Assembly: GCA_017440575.1 (NCBI GenBank)
Contig: JAFSGY010000075.1
Location: 822-64,821 of the forward strand
Length of the DNA stretch: 64,000 nt
Origin: Lachnospiraceae bacterium
GTDB lineage: Bacteria > Bacillota > Clostridia > Lachnospirales > Lachnospiraceae
Reading direction: 5' to 3'
Positions 21,608-32,490 of the stretch are shown here, one piece after another. The notes below the pieces were generated by a model that searched no databases, was not told where the DNA came from, and saw only the letters and a program-made list of their open reading frames with translations. Made by a program: the position numbers and the translations under genes. The first letter of the stretch is position 1. The number at the start of each line of letters is the position of its first letter.

Positions 21608-22573
21608 ATGAAAAAGCTAGACAAAAATAAACAGCTAAAGATTATTTTAGCAATTATTTTAGCGGTGATATTATGTCAGGTTGCAATTATTATAACATTT
21701 TTTGTGATATTACAGAGTCCCACGAGACGTTTAAAAGAACAATTGTCATTGGCGGAGAAATATTTGTTAGAGCTTAATTATGAACAGGCAATTGCTTCAT
21801 ATCAGATAGCAATTGAAATTGATCCGAAATGTGAAGAAGCGTATCTAGCTATGGTTGATATCTATGTAGAGTTGGGAGATTATGAAGAAGCGTTGAAAGT
21901 ATTAGAAGATGCAGAGGAAGTCATAGACTCACAAGTAATACAAGATAGAATAGCAGAAGTTCAGAGTTTGATTGAACAGGGTGAATTGGAGAAATTAGAA
22001 GCATTAGATGAGCAGATTACACAAGAGGCTCAAATTGATACAGATATTGTGAAAGAAGATAGGTTGAGTGTTAGTCTGGTTTATAATTATGATTTGACAA
22101 GTGAGGATTATCTTTCTAATGGTATGTCTTTGGGGTATATAGATGTAGATATTTACCCAAAAGAGGAAGAAAGTGTGCGTTATTATTATACAGAGAATGT
22201 AGATAAGTTTACATTACCATGGAGTGACTATGTAGGATTCACATGGCAGGATGATTATTTTATGAATAATCAGGAAGAAGCAATCAATTTATTTATGCAA
22301 TCTGATTTTTTACAGCCTATGGATATTTCAGAACAGTTTTCGAATCATATAGAGTTTATGATAGATGGAATACCATTTTCTTTTGATATTGATACAGCAT
22401 ATATATATATTTGTATCAGAAGTGTTCGTGGTGCTTCACAAGGGTCATACTTTACTTCTTATGGAATAGATGATGATGGAATACATTATGCATCTGGTTA
22501 TATAGTGAATTTAAGTGGTACAGTATCCTGTGATAATTCCTACAAAAATGTCTTTGAAAGAATTGAGGATTAG
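21608..22573 (+). CDS. TM-TPR protein with unknown C-terminal domain
   Basis: TM, LAEKYLLELNYEQAIASYQIAIEIDP. Confidence 0.8.
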   Translation: MKKLDKNKQLKIILAIILAVILCQVAIIITFFVILQSPTRRLKEQLSLAEKYLLELNYEQAIASYQIAIEIDPKCEEAYLAMVDIYVELGDYEEALKVLEDAEEVIDSQVIQDRIAEVQSLIEQGELEKLEALDEQITQEAQIDTDIVKEDRLSVSLVYNYDLTSEDYLSNGMSLGYIDVDIYPKEEESVRYYYTENVDKFTLPWSDYVGFTWQDDYFMNNQEEAINLFMQSDFLQPMDISEQFSNHIEFMIDGIPFSFDIDTAYIYICIRSVRGASQGSYFTSYGIDDDGIHYASGYIVNLSGTVSCDNSYKNVFERIED

Positions 22574-22692
22574 AATAGACAGAGCAAAGTTTCTAAGTTA
22601 GTATACATAATGAATAAAAGAAAACTCAACATAATCCAATAAAAGTAATGGATTATAGCATGTAACAAATAATATAAGTAGGAGAAGAAAAG

Positions 22693-24780
22693 ATGAATAA
22701 ATATTTGCAAGTTAACATGAGTTTTAAAGACAAATATCAAATAAAATCAGTAATGGGAGAGAATCCGCTGGGTATTACTTATGCTGGTGTGGATACGACA
22801 GCAGGTCGAAAAATAATAATTAGGGAGTTCTTTCCATCTGGGCTGTGTAATCGTAATGAAGACACTTTACAGATTACAGGTGGTGAAGAATATAATAAAA
22901 GAAAAGGACAGTTTATCAAAGAATCAGGTATTTTAAAAGAAAATAGCGGATTAAAAGGCATTGTTGATATCTTTGATGTTTTTGAAGAAAATGGCACAGT
23001 GTACATAATTATGGAATATGTAGAAGGTGTAAGTCTTGAAAAGTATCTGACGGGAAGTGGTAAGCAATTTCCGCTAAAGAGAATCATGGAATTAATGGAT
23101 CCAGTTATTGATTCTTTATTAGTATTACATGAAAAAGGTTTGGTTCATCAGAATATTTCTCCCGATAATATTATTTTTACGAATCAAGGAAATTTGAAAT
23201 TGATTGGTTTTGGATGCATGGAGGGACAAATATCAGATGCAAGTGTAGGTTATGCGCCTATAGAATTGTATCGTAAGCAGCAGGAGATAAAGCCGGGTAC
23301 TGATGTTTATTCCTTGTGTGCGGCTATTTACAGATGTGTTACAGGAGTGAGACCTCAGGATGCTTATGAGAGATTGACGAATGATACATTACAAAAGCCA
23401 TCCCTGCTGGGAATTGTGATGGATAGTTCTGAAGAAACTGCACTGATGATGGGGCTTAATATATATGAAGAAAAGCGTCTTCGTACAATAATGGCTTTTA
23501 AAAAGGTATTTTATAGTCAAAAAACACAGGAAGATATATCTGCGAGACAGCCACAACCACCAGTGCAACCACAACCATCAGTACAACCACAGCCATATCC
23601 TGATATGAGGGGAGAGATTGTTTCACCTAATGCTGGTAAAAAAGGAAAAACAAAAGAATCAAAGGGAAATGGTGGCATGATTGCTTTAATAGTAATTGGA
23701 ATTATTGTAATTATTGCATTAGGAGTATCTGCTGTTATACTCGGTAGAAGTTTATTCTTAGGAGACAGTGTTGAAGTGAATCAAGAGCTAGAGGAGGAAT
23801 CTACAGAGTCAGAGACAGAAATTGCAACAGAGGAAGAAACAGAAAATTCATATGCGGAATATGAAACTATGTTAGTAAATAGAGATTTTTCGGGAGTAAT
23901 AGATAGTATTTTGATACTAAATACAGTAAATGCAACAGCAGAAGAAAAGGATGCTTTATCAAAGATTATGGAGCAGGCAATTGCAGGTCAGTATTCTGAT
24001 TTTGAAAGTCGTATTAATAGCAGTCAGAATTCAGGTGATTATGAGGGGGCTTTTGTGATTATTGATGAAGAGATTGTTTTATACGACCGATTGAATGCCA
24101 ATGCTCTTGCAACGCAGTATGTAGATAAGCAGAAAATAGAGAATAAGAGAGTTGCAGTCAAAAATGCGCATATAAATTATTTGTTAAATGAGAGATTAAA
24201 TAAAGCTGTGAATCAAGGCGATGAAACGATTCTGAATGAGATTCTTATAAAGCTGCAGGAATATGTAAATGAAGGGGCAATTACACAAGAAGATTTTGAT
24301 ACCAAAAAAACTTCTGCTTATGCGAGATTTGTTGTAGAAAAGATATCTGCAATGAATAATTCTGGAATAGACCCAACTACAATTCTTAATTATATTGACA
24401 GTAATCTGTTGAATACAGGAAACAACTGTCAGGTATTGGAATTTTGGGATTATTTTAATGTATTAGTGGGAGGCATCAGAATGGATGCCACAGTAAGACA
24501 TGTATCTTCCAATGGATATTTGCTAGAGTATAGTAATTCCATGAATCTGGCAACCAGTGATATCAGTCATTTATCTCAGTATGAGATAAGACTAGCAATA
24601 TATGAAATATTTGCACGTCATGGAAGAACATTTAGTGATGAGGCAATAAATGATTATTTTGCATTATATAGTTGGTATCACCCATCAGCAGTAGGTTTTG
24701 ATGAAGCCACATTAAATACGTATGAGAAATACAACTTGAATTTATTGGTTGACTATCAGAGGGCAATGGGATATCGATAG
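22693..24780 (+). CDS. Ser/Thr kinase-fold protein (probable pseudokinase) with TM and YARHG domain
   Basis: Kinase fold with IIIRE, HQNISPDN, LIGFG, YAPIE, TDVYSL; TM; C-terminal IFARHGRTF. Confidence 0.87.
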   Translation: MNKYLQVNMSFKDKYQIKSVMGENPLGITYAGVDTTAGRKIIIREFFPSGLCNRNEDTLQITGGEEYNKRKGQFIKESGILKENSGLKGIVDIFDVFEENGTVYIIMEYVEGVSLEKYLTGSGKQFPLKRIMELMDPVIDSLLVLHEKGLVHQNISPDNIIFTNQGNLKLIGFGCMEGQISDASVGYAPIELYRKQQEIKPGTDVYSLCAAIYRCVTGVRPQDAYERLTNDTLQKPSLLGIVMDSSEETALMMGLNIYEEKRLRTIMAFKKVFYSQKTQEDISARQPQPPVQPQPSVQPQPYPDMRGEIVSPNAGKKGKTKESKGNGGMIALIVIGIIVIIALGVSAVILGRSLFLGDSVEVNQELEEESTESETEIATEEETENSYAEYETMLVNRDFSGVIDSILILNTVNATAEEKDALSKIMEQAIAGQYSDFESRINSSQNSGDYEGAFVIIDEEIVLYDRLNANALATQYVDKQKIENKRVAVKNAHINYLLNERLNKAVNQGDETILNEILIKLQEYVNEGAITQEDFDTKKTSAYARFVVEKISAMNNSGIDPTTILNYIDSNLLNTGNNCQVLEFWDYFNVLVGGIRMDATVRHVSSNGYLLEYSNSMNLATSDISHLSQYEIRLAIYEIFARHGRTFSDEAINDYFALYSWYHPSAVGFDEATLNTYEKYNLNLLVDYQRAMGYR

Positions 24781-24792
24781 GAGAGGTTATAC

Positions 24793-26073
24793 ATGAAGAA
24801 ATATAGGAAAGTGATAGAATTATTATTTATATTACTGCTTACTATATTATCAGTTGAAACAAAAGTGTATGCTGCAGAACATTCAGTGCTTTTGGAACAA
24901 TTATTAGAGGTTTCGCAAGAAGGAAATATATATGAAGTAAAACAGGACGGTTCAGGCAATTTTTCTACAATTCAACAAGGTGTTGATTGTGTTGAATCAG
25001 GTGATACCTTACTGATTTATCCCGGTGTTTATGAAGAAAATGTCATGATTATGGACAAGACAGTAAATTTAGTAGGTGTAAGTAAGGAAAATTGTATTTT
25101 AACAGCAAATTCTGATAATTATCATTATGTACCTCTAACAATAGGTGCAGGTAAAGTATATAATATGACGATTTGTGGAACGGACTCAAATGGAGATCAA
25201 GAGGTTCCACCAAGTGAAGCAACTTATAATATTTATGATTTATCATCTATTTATGAGTGGCAGAATGATTTTCCAGGATATGCAATACATATTGATCAGA
25301 ATTATTCTTATGGTAAAGAGCTTTATGTAGAAAATTGCAAAATTATTTCTAATAACAATCAATGTGTTGGGATAGGTTGTCGAGGAGAGAGTAAAATTAC
25401 CTTCTCCAATTGTGAAATGTTGTCTGATGGCGGTGGAGGATGTATTTTTTTCCATAATACGCAGAATCCGGAGATGGCAGGAGATGCGCAGCTAGTGCTA
25501 AAGGATTGTGAGCTGAAAAACTATAATTGTCCTTATGTAATAGCATTTCATTCTATGACTTTTCATACCATGGAAAATTTTAATCCTGTATATTTAACTT
25601 TTCAAAATGTGAAAGTAAGTACTGTAGCATATGAGAGAAAAGGTGAGTATAACGGTACTAATATGAATCAATGGTTTGATGTTGATCAGCTGGAAAATGC
25701 GGAAATACAAAGTGCATTAACATTAGGTGGCTATTATTCTTCCTTAGGTAGTGAACTGATACACCAATATAGCCAAGATGATAGTTATAGGTTATATACA
25801 CAAGTAAGAGAAAATGAATCCTTATTAGAAAACCAACCACAGATTGCAGAAGGAATTACTTATATAAAAATGATAGATAATTCTGAAACGTATATGAAAC
25901 AGGAAAAATTACCAGAGGTTAAAGCAAGGACACGTCATGTTATTGATATAGAGAATGTGGATAAGGAAGCCATCATGGATGGATGGTGTGGACTTTCCGG
26001 CATATATCTGACAATGGAAAGTTATGGAAATACACTAATTGAGATGAACTATCCCCAAATCATAATGGAATAA
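24793..26073 (+). CDS. Secreted pectinesterase-like right-handed beta-helix protein
   Basis: Signal peptide; VKQDGSGNFSTIQQGVD..GDTLLIYPGVYEENV. Confidence 0.7.
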   Translation: MKKYRKVIELLFILLLTILSVETKVYAAEHSVLLEQLLEVSQEGNIYEVKQDGSGNFSTIQQGVDCVESGDTLLIYPGVYEENVMIMDKTVNLVGVSKENCILTANSDNYHYVPLTIGAGKVYNMTICGTDSNGDQEVPPSEATYNIYDLSSIYEWQNDFPGYAIHIDQNYSYGKELYVENCKIISNNNQCVGIGCRGESKITFSNCEMLSDGGGGCIFFHNTQNPEMAGDAQLVLKDCELKNYNCPYVIAFHSMTFHTMENFNPVYLTFQNVKVSTVAYERKGEYNGTNMNQWFDVDQLENAEIQSALTLGGYYSSLGSELIHQYSQDDSYRLYTQVRENESLLENQPQIAEGITYIKMIDNSETYMKQEKLPEVKARTRHVIDIENVDKEAIMDGWCGLSGIYLTMESYGNTLIEMNYPQIIME

Positions 26074-26112
26074 CATAATAATGACATATACACGAGAAAA
26101 GGGAAGAATACA

Positions 26113-29100
26113 ATGAGTTTTGCATTATTAGTACATACAACGCAAGCATATAAAAAATACATATTGCCCGTAGTAAATAATACCAATCATTCTATTATTT
26201 TAAAAAAAGAATTATTTAACTTGTCATCGGATTTGGAAATAGGAATGGAAGTGATAGATGGCAATTGGTTTTTCTTAGAGTCAGGTTCTTATATTTTACA
26301 GGATTCTGTAACAGAAAAAAATTATTTTGGCAAGGAAATTAAAAACCAAGATCTGTTGAATATTATTATGCCAAATCAGGAAAGACTGAGTATCTTAATC
26401 AATCAGACAGATAGTTCTTTTCACGTTTTTGAAAAATATGATATTAGAGCAAACAGCTTTATTACAATAGGAAAAAATGAATCGAATGATATTTCATATG
26501 ATACATCAAATCCGGTATCCAGAGAACATGCAATTATCAGGAGAAACGGAAATGTATTTGTACTGGAGGATATTAGTACAAATGGTGTATATGTAAATGA
26601 TGTCCGTGTAAGAGGTTCAAAAGAACTGGAATTTGGTGATTGTATCGATATATATGGGCTTTGTATCGTTTATCTGGATGGTATCATAGCAGTTAATACA
26701 GGTGATATCGGTGTAAAAATAAATGAAAGAAAGCTATATCAGTATGTAGAGCAGAATTCAGAGCTTGCAGAGCCTAGTGGAAATTCCAAAAAAGAGAAGA
26801 AAATATTATATCATCGTTCACCAAGACAGATTTATAAGATGGACAATGAAGTCATAGAGATTGAGGCACCACCACAGCCAAAAGCACAGAATAGAAAACC
26901 GTTGGCTATGATTATAGGTCCGTCCTTAACGATGTCTTTACCTATGATCTTTGGCTGTTTGTTAACGGTATTTAGTTCCAAAATGAGTGGTAATAATAGT
27001 GGAATATTTATGTATACAGGAATTATTACAGCAGTTTCTTCCGCTTTAATAGGAATTACCTGGACTCTTGTTAATTTGCGGTATGAGAAAAGAAAGAATG
27101 ATGATGAAGAATTGCATAGATTTGATGCCTATCATCAGTATCTTGTAGATTCCGCAAATAAAATCAAGGAAAAGTATGAAAAAAATACAAATTATCTTCG
27201 CAAAATGTATTTATCTTCTGAGGAATGTAGCGGTTATGATGAGAATAACCAGCTTTTATGGAATAGAAATAAGGATCATAGAGATTTCTTAAGCCATAGG
27301 ATAGGTATCGGTGATATGCCTTTTCAGGTTACCATTAATATTCCGAAAGAAAGATTTACTCTGATGATAGATTCTCTTGCAGAGAAACCTTCGGTAATCC
27401 AGGAAAGCTATAAAAATTTACATCAGGTTCCTATTTGTGTAGATTTGTTAGAGCATCGATTGATTGGAGTTGTAGGCGGTGAAGGCAAAAGAGGTGCCAT
27501 TGATGTTATGCATAATTTAGTGGCACAGATTGCAGTATCCAATTGCTATACAGATGTAAAAATGGCTTTTGTATATGATGAACTAACGGATGCAACCGAG
27601 AGTTGGGATTATATGAAATGGTTACCTCATGTTTGGTCTGAAGATAAAAAGACAAGATACGTGGCAAGCAATAAAGCAGAAACAGGAGATGTTCTGTATG
27701 AGATTACGAAGGTGCTACGTATTCGTATGGATGAAAGAGGAAATCGCTCTGTTAAAAATGCTATGTATAAGCCTCATTATGTGCTATTTATTTCTAATCC
27801 CGAAATATTAGAAGGAGAGCTGATTACAAAGTATATATTTGATTCGAATGAAAATTATGGTATTACTACAGTATTTTTAGTAGATTCCTATGATGCCTTG
27901 CCTAATGCATGTGATTATATCATTCAGAATGATGGTAAATTCAAGGGAATGTATGGTATTGCAGATGATGTTGAGGAGCGTGTTTCAATTGACTTCGATT
28001 TTGTGCATAATATACAGCTTGAGAGGCTGGCAAGAACATTATCTGATATAGAAGTCAGCGAAAATGAGACAGGAGGAGATATTCCTAGCTCTTTGACGTT
28101 TTTTGATATGTTCGGAATTCAGGACATGAAAGATCTTCATGTATTGGATAATTGGAAGAAAAACCGTACTTACGAGAGTATGAAAGCTATTGTGGGACAA
28201 AGGGCAGGCGGAGCTCCAATGTATCTGGATGTACATGAGAAATATCATGGTCCTCACGGATTGGTGGCAGGTACTACTGGTTCAGGAAAAAGTGAGACGT
28301 TACAGACCTATATTTTGTCTCTTGCGATTAATTACAGCCCTGATGATGTAGGATTTTTTCTAATAGATTATAAGGGTGGTGGAATGGCAAATCTCTTTGA
28401 TGGATTACCACATATGATTGGACAGATTTCCAATCTTTCAGGTAATCAGGTAAAACGTGCCATGGTGTCCATTAAAAGTGAAAATATGCGAAGACAGAGA
28501 ATCTTCAATGAACATGGTGTCAATAATATAAATCTGTATACCAGACTTTTCAAGAATAATGAAGCAACAATTCCGGTTCCTCATTTATTTATTATTATTG
28601 ATGAGTTTGCAGAGTTGAAACGAGAAGAGCCGGATTTCATGCGAGAGCTTATCAGCGTCGCACAGGTAGGACGAAGTCTAGGTGTGCATCTGATACTTGC
28701 TACACAGAAACCAAGCGGAACGGTAGACGATAATATTTGGAGTAATTCAAGATTTCGTTTATGCCTTCGTGTTCAGGATAGACAAGACAGTACAGATATG
28801 CTTCACAGACCGGACGCTGCATATATTACTCAGGCAGGACGCTGCTATATGCAGGTAGGTAATGATGAGTTATTTGAATTGTTCCAGTCAGGATGGAGTG
28901 GTGCTACCTATGATGAGAACAGTGGCAGTTTCAAAGCAGATATTGCTCATATGTTGTCTGATACAGGCAAGGCTGCACTGATTGGAAACAGAACAAAGCT
29001 GAAGCAGAAAGAAAATGTTAAGAAACAATGGATTAAAGATTTAGTCAGTATAGTGCGTTTGGTGGGAACTGTGCCAACGGATGATTCCGTTTTGTTCGAA

Positions 29101-31095
29101 AAATACATTCAACAAATATTTGTAGAGTTACAGAGACAGAAAATTGATTATCCTTACAGTGAGTATAGTGCACTGCGAATGAAAGATTTTCTGGCAGCGT
29201 ATGCACAGATAGAGCTACTTTATGTGGATGCAGATGAGAATGAAAAAGCACAGCAAATTTTAAGTTATGCTCAAACTCATCGCTTGAAATTGCCAGAGAA
29301 GAAAGAAAAGACACAACTGGATGCCATTGTGGAGTATTTAAACGGTATGGCAAAGAATAATGGCTATAATCATAAACATCAGCTGTGGTTACCGGTGCTT
29401 CCAACTACTCTTTATCTGTCCGAGCTTCCGGGATATGAGGAATATTTCGATGGAAATCAATGGAAAAAGGCGGAAACAAAAGAATGGAATCTAGAAGTAT
29501 CATTAGGCTTGTATGATGATCCAGTGAACCAGTCACAGGATACGTTGAAGGTCAGTCTTTCCAAGAATGGACACCATGGAATCATAGGTACTATTGTAAG
29601 TGGTAAGAGTACGTTACTTCAGACATTGCTCTATGCTTTTGTGACAAAGTATACACCCGCAGATATTAATATATATGCTATTGATTATAGTGCTAAGATG
29701 ATGTCGGCCTTTGAGACAATGCCACATGTTGGTGGTGTGATTTATGAAGGTCAGGATGATAAAATTGCTAAGTTCTTTACTATGATCTATGATATATTAG
29801 AAGAACGTAAAAAGCTGTTTAAGGGTGGAAACTATAGTCAGTATGTACGCGTAAATGGTGTCGTATTGCCAGCCATCGTCATAGTCATTGATAATTATTC
29901 TAATTTTAGGTCTAAGACAAATAATATATACGATGATACAGTAATGCAGCTGTCTAAGGATGGTGTAAGCTACGGTATTTTCTTGATAATATCCGGTGGC
30001 AGTTTCAGTGCTACAGAGATTCCGACCAGGCTTGGAGAGAATTTGAGAAGTGTTATCTGTCTTGAAATGAACGATAAGTTTCAGTATGCTGATGCGATGC
30101 ATACGTTACACATTGATACATTGCCGGAAGTTAATGTTAAGGGAAGAGGTCTTGCAAAGGTAGGCGAAGATATTCTGGAATTTCAGACAGCACTTGCCTT
30201 TGAGGCAGCAGATGACTTTAAGCGTATGGAAAGCATTGAGCAGCTTGGACGTAGGATGAAAGAGGTCTGGACAGGTGGATGTGCAAAAGCTATACCGGAG
30301 ATTCCTGAGAAGCCTGTGTGGTCAGAATTCGCTGAATTAGAGGATACGGTTAAACAGGTAAAGGATGATAGACATCTTCCAATCGGCTATAATATCAAGA
30401 ATGCCGCAGTATATGGTATTGATTTAAGTAGAACATATTGTTACTTAATAACAGGTAAGGCAAGAAGTGGTAAGACAAATTACTTAAAGGCAATTATTAA
30501 CAGTGCTATGCTTAAAGGTGGTGAAGTGGTTGTCTTTGATTTTAAGAGTGAATTATCTTACTTATCGGAAAAAGAAGGTGTTACATATATAGGAACAAAA
30601 GCAGATTTGTTTGCCTTTTTCCAGAAATTGTTGCCTGATTTTGTGGTACGAAACAAGAAAAAGAAGCAAAATATACAAGCGAGCATGTCAGATGAAGAGA
30701 TATACATTGATATGCAAAACTTTGGTGCAAAGTATTTGATTGTTCCTGATATAGGTGATTTTATACAAAATGTTAAGAATCCAGAGAATTTTGGAGATGC
30801 CAGACCTTTTATCGAGAATGTTTTGGATAAGGGTATACTGCATAATGTATATTGGTTTGCAGTTTTACAGCCGGATGATGTTACCAAGCTGGGAGGAACC
30901 AGAATATATGATCTCTTTATCCGATATAAGACAGGTATGCATTTTGGCGGAAATGTATCAGGGCAGAGAATTTTTAACTTTGAATATATTCCATATAATG
31001 AGCAGACAAAATCTTTAAAGGCCGGAATTGGACTGATTCCACATCAAGAGGAAGAAACTGCACAAAAGGTGGTAATTCCATTAGTAAAGGGGTGA
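26113..31095 (+). CDS. essC: Type VII secretion FtsK/SpoIIIE ATPase, EssC-type with N-terminal FHA
   Basis: FHA (IGK, VSREH, STNG), 2 TM, HGPHGLVAGTTGSGKSE, IDEFAEL, GRSLGVHLILATQKP, further Walker A motifs GTIVSGKS and GKARSGKT; WXG100 genes downstream. Confidence 0.96.
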   Translation: MSFALLVHTTQAYKKYILPVVNNTNHSIILKKELFNLSSDLEIGMEVIDGNWFFLESGSYILQDSVTEKNYFGKEIKNQDLLNIIMPNQERLSILINQTDSSFHVFEKYDIRANSFITIGKNESNDISYDTSNPVSREHAIIRRNGNVFVLEDISTNGVYVNDVRVRGSKELEFGDCIDIYGLCIVYLDGIIAVNTGDIGVKINERKLYQYVEQNSELAEPSGNSKKEKKILYHRSPRQIYKMDNEVIEIEAPPQPKAQNRKPLAMIIGPSLTMSLPMIFGCLLTVFSSKMSGNNSGIFMYTGIITAVSSALIGITWTLVNLRYEKRKNDDEELHRFDAYHQYLVDSANKIKEKYEKNTNYLRKMYLSSEECSGYDENNQLLWNRNKDHRDFLSHRIGIGDMPFQVTINIPKERFTLMIDSLAEKPSVIQESYKNLHQVPICVDLLEHRLIGVVGGEGKRGAIDVMHNLVAQIAVSNCYTDVKMAFVYDELTDATESWDYMKWLPHVWSEDKKTRYVASNKAETGDVLYEITKVLRIRMDERGNRSVKNAMYKPHYVLFISNPEILEGELITKYIFDSNENYGITTVFLVDSYDALPNACDYIIQNDGKFKGMYGIADDVEERVSIDFDFVHNIQLERLARTLSDIEVSENETGGDIPSSLTFFDMFGIQDMKDLHVLDNWKKNRTYESMKAIVGQRAGGAPMYLDVHEKYHGPHGLVAGTTGSGKSETLQTYILSLAINYSPDDVGFFLIDYKGGGMANLFDGLPHMIGQISNLSGNQVKRAMVSIKSENMRRQRIFNEHGVNNINLYTRLFKNNEATIPVPHLFIIIDEFAELKREEPDFMRELISVAQVGRSLGVHLILATQKPSGTVDDNIWSNSRFRLCLRVQDRQDSTDMLHRPDAAYITQAGRCYMQVGNDELFELFQSGWSGATYDENSGSFKADIAHMLSDTGKAALIGNRTKLKQKENVKKQWIKDLVSIVRLVGTVPTDDSVLFEKYIQQIFVELQRQKIDYPYSEYSALRMKDFLAAYAQIELLYVDADENEKAQQILSYAQTHRLKLPEKKEKTQLDAIVEYLNGMAKNNGYNHKHQLWLPVLPTTLYLSELPGYEEYFDGNQWKKAETKEWNLEVSLGLYDDPVNQSQDTLKVSLSKNGHHGIIGTIVSGKSTLLQTLLYAFVTKYTPADINIYAIDYSAKMMSAFETMPHVGGVIYEGQDDKIAKFFTMIYDILEERKKLFKGGNYSQYVRVNGVVLPAIVIVIDNYSNFRSKTNNIYDDTVMQLSKDGVSYGIFLIISGGSFSATEIPTRLGENLRSVICLEMNDKFQYADAMHTLHIDTLPEVNVKGRGLAKVGEDILEFQTALAFEAADDFKRMESIEQLGRRMKEVWTGGCAKAIPEIPEKPVWSEFAELEDTVKQVKDDRHLPIGYNIKNAAVYGIDLSRTYCYLITGKARSGKTNYLKAIINSAMLKGGEVVVFDFKSELSYLSEKEGVTYIGTKADLFAFFQKLLPDFVVRNKKKKQNIQASMSDEEIYIDMQNFGAKYLIVPDIGDFIQNVKNPENFGDARPFIENVLDKGILHNVYWFAVLQPDDVTKLGGTRIYDLFIRYKTGMHFGGNVSGQRIFNFEYIPYNEQTKSLKAGIGLIPHQEEETAQKVVIPLVKG

Positions 31096-31099
31096 GCAA

Positions 31100-31816
31100 A
31101 TGGTATCTTTATTGACTTATGATAAAGATAGTAGAGAACTAGAGATACTTCATATGCTCTCTAAGGATCTGGCAGCTATGTTGTCTGAAGATTATTGGAA
31201 TATGGAGCAGGCAATTACATTAGATAAGCTGCAGGCAATTCTAGAGGATAAGCCATTGATGGATATGCTAATGTTCGATGTAACACCAAAGGATGCGATA
31301 GAATGCCTGTTAAAGGTTCGTAAAAGCTATAGAGAAACTCAATTAATGATTATTGCTGATTTAACAACTTCTCCCATGGAATACATGAAACCAGGGATTA
31401 TGGCAAGCTCTTTATTACTGCGTCCCTGGACGAAAGAGCAGGCAAGAGAAGTCTTAAAAGAGTTTTTTCAGGCATACATAGAAAAATATAGTCAGCCAGA
31501 TGATAAAAACATGTTCGTCATTGAATCCAAGGAAGGGAATTTGCATATTCCTTATGATCAGATATATTTCTTTGAAGCAAGAGAAAAGAAAATTTTTATC
31601 TGCACAGGAAAAGAAGAATATGGTTTCTATTACACAATAGATAAACTTGCAGAAGAACTTCCGGAACAATTTATACGATGTCACAGAGGATTTATTGTAA
31701 ATAAATATAAAATACGCAAAGTTGTATTATCACAAAATATAATTTATTTAGTGGACGATTTGGATGTACCTTTGTCACGTAGTTATAAATCAATAGTAAA
31801 AGGAATGGGTAAATGA
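31100..31816 (+). CDS. LytTR-family response regulator (atypical receiver)
   Basis: IYFFEA..K, FIRCHRGFIVN, VPLSRSY; receiver-like N-terminus (DMLMFD). Confidence 0.9.
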   Translation: MVSLLTYDKDSRELEILHMLSKDLAAMLSEDYWNMEQAITLDKLQAILEDKPLMDMLMFDVTPKDAIECLLKVRKSYRETQLMIIADLTTSPMEYMKPGIMASSLLLRPWTKEQAREVLKEFFQAYIEKYSQPDDKNMFVIESKEGNLHIPYDQIYFFEAREKKIFICTGKEEYGFYYTIDKLAEELPEQFIRCHRGFIVNKYKIRKVVLSQNIIYLVDDLDVPLSRSYKSIVKGMGK

Positions 31817-32490
31817 GAGAAAAAATATCGAAAGGATATTGCATACATGAGATGGAATTTGGTGTGTTGCTGGCAGTAAAAGGACTTCAGGAGTTGTATG
31901 GCATGCAGCTTAACGGACTTGACACCATAACACAGACAGATATTTATCAGATTGTTTTTAACATGTTAAAGAAGGGTTTTTTGGAAACAACAGAAAGCAG
32001 GATACGGGTAGAAGAAGTTCTAGATCATTGGATTGATAGGATAAAGACAGCTGAGTGTTTTATCGTGTGTGCTGATGTGGATGAATTGATTCCGGAAAGT
32101 TATTTTTATATAGGAAATGATAATGGTGTTTTTATTCAGCCTGTAGGACAGCAAGGGAATATGCTTTATCTGGAGAATATTACACGAGGCGAGATGTGGG
32201 ATTACATCCAAAGTAAAGGATTGCAAAATTATGAGAGTGATATGATGGGGACTGAGATTTCGTTGATAGAGCTCTATGAGAAGGCAAGAGATTATTGGAT
32301 AGCAGATAAGGAATATATTTTACAAGAACCCAAAGTCAAACAGTTGTTACAGGAATATGATATGCACACAAAATGTAAGAAAAAGCAGATAATAAAATTC
32401 ATCTATGGTCTGGATGAGTATATTCTGTATAGTGATAATCAGGATGACAAGGTATTTATTGTACAGGAAGAAGGAGAAGAGGTATTGTGA
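31813..32490 (+). CDS. Hypothetical cytoplasmic protein in the T7SS core operon
   Basis: 225 aa; overlaps both neighbours by 4 bp; no TM; family not recognised. Confidence 0.6.
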   Translation: MREKISKGYCIHEMEFGVLLAVKGLQELYGMQLNGLDTITQTDIYQIVFNMLKKGFLETTESRIRVEEVLDHWIDRIKTAECFIVCADVDELIPESYFYIGNDNGVFIQPVGQQGNMLYLENITRGEMWDYIQSKGLQNYESDMMGTEISLIELYEKARDYWIADKEYILQEPKVKQLLQEYDMHTKCKKKQIIKFIYGLDEYILYSDNQDDKVFIVQEEGEEVL

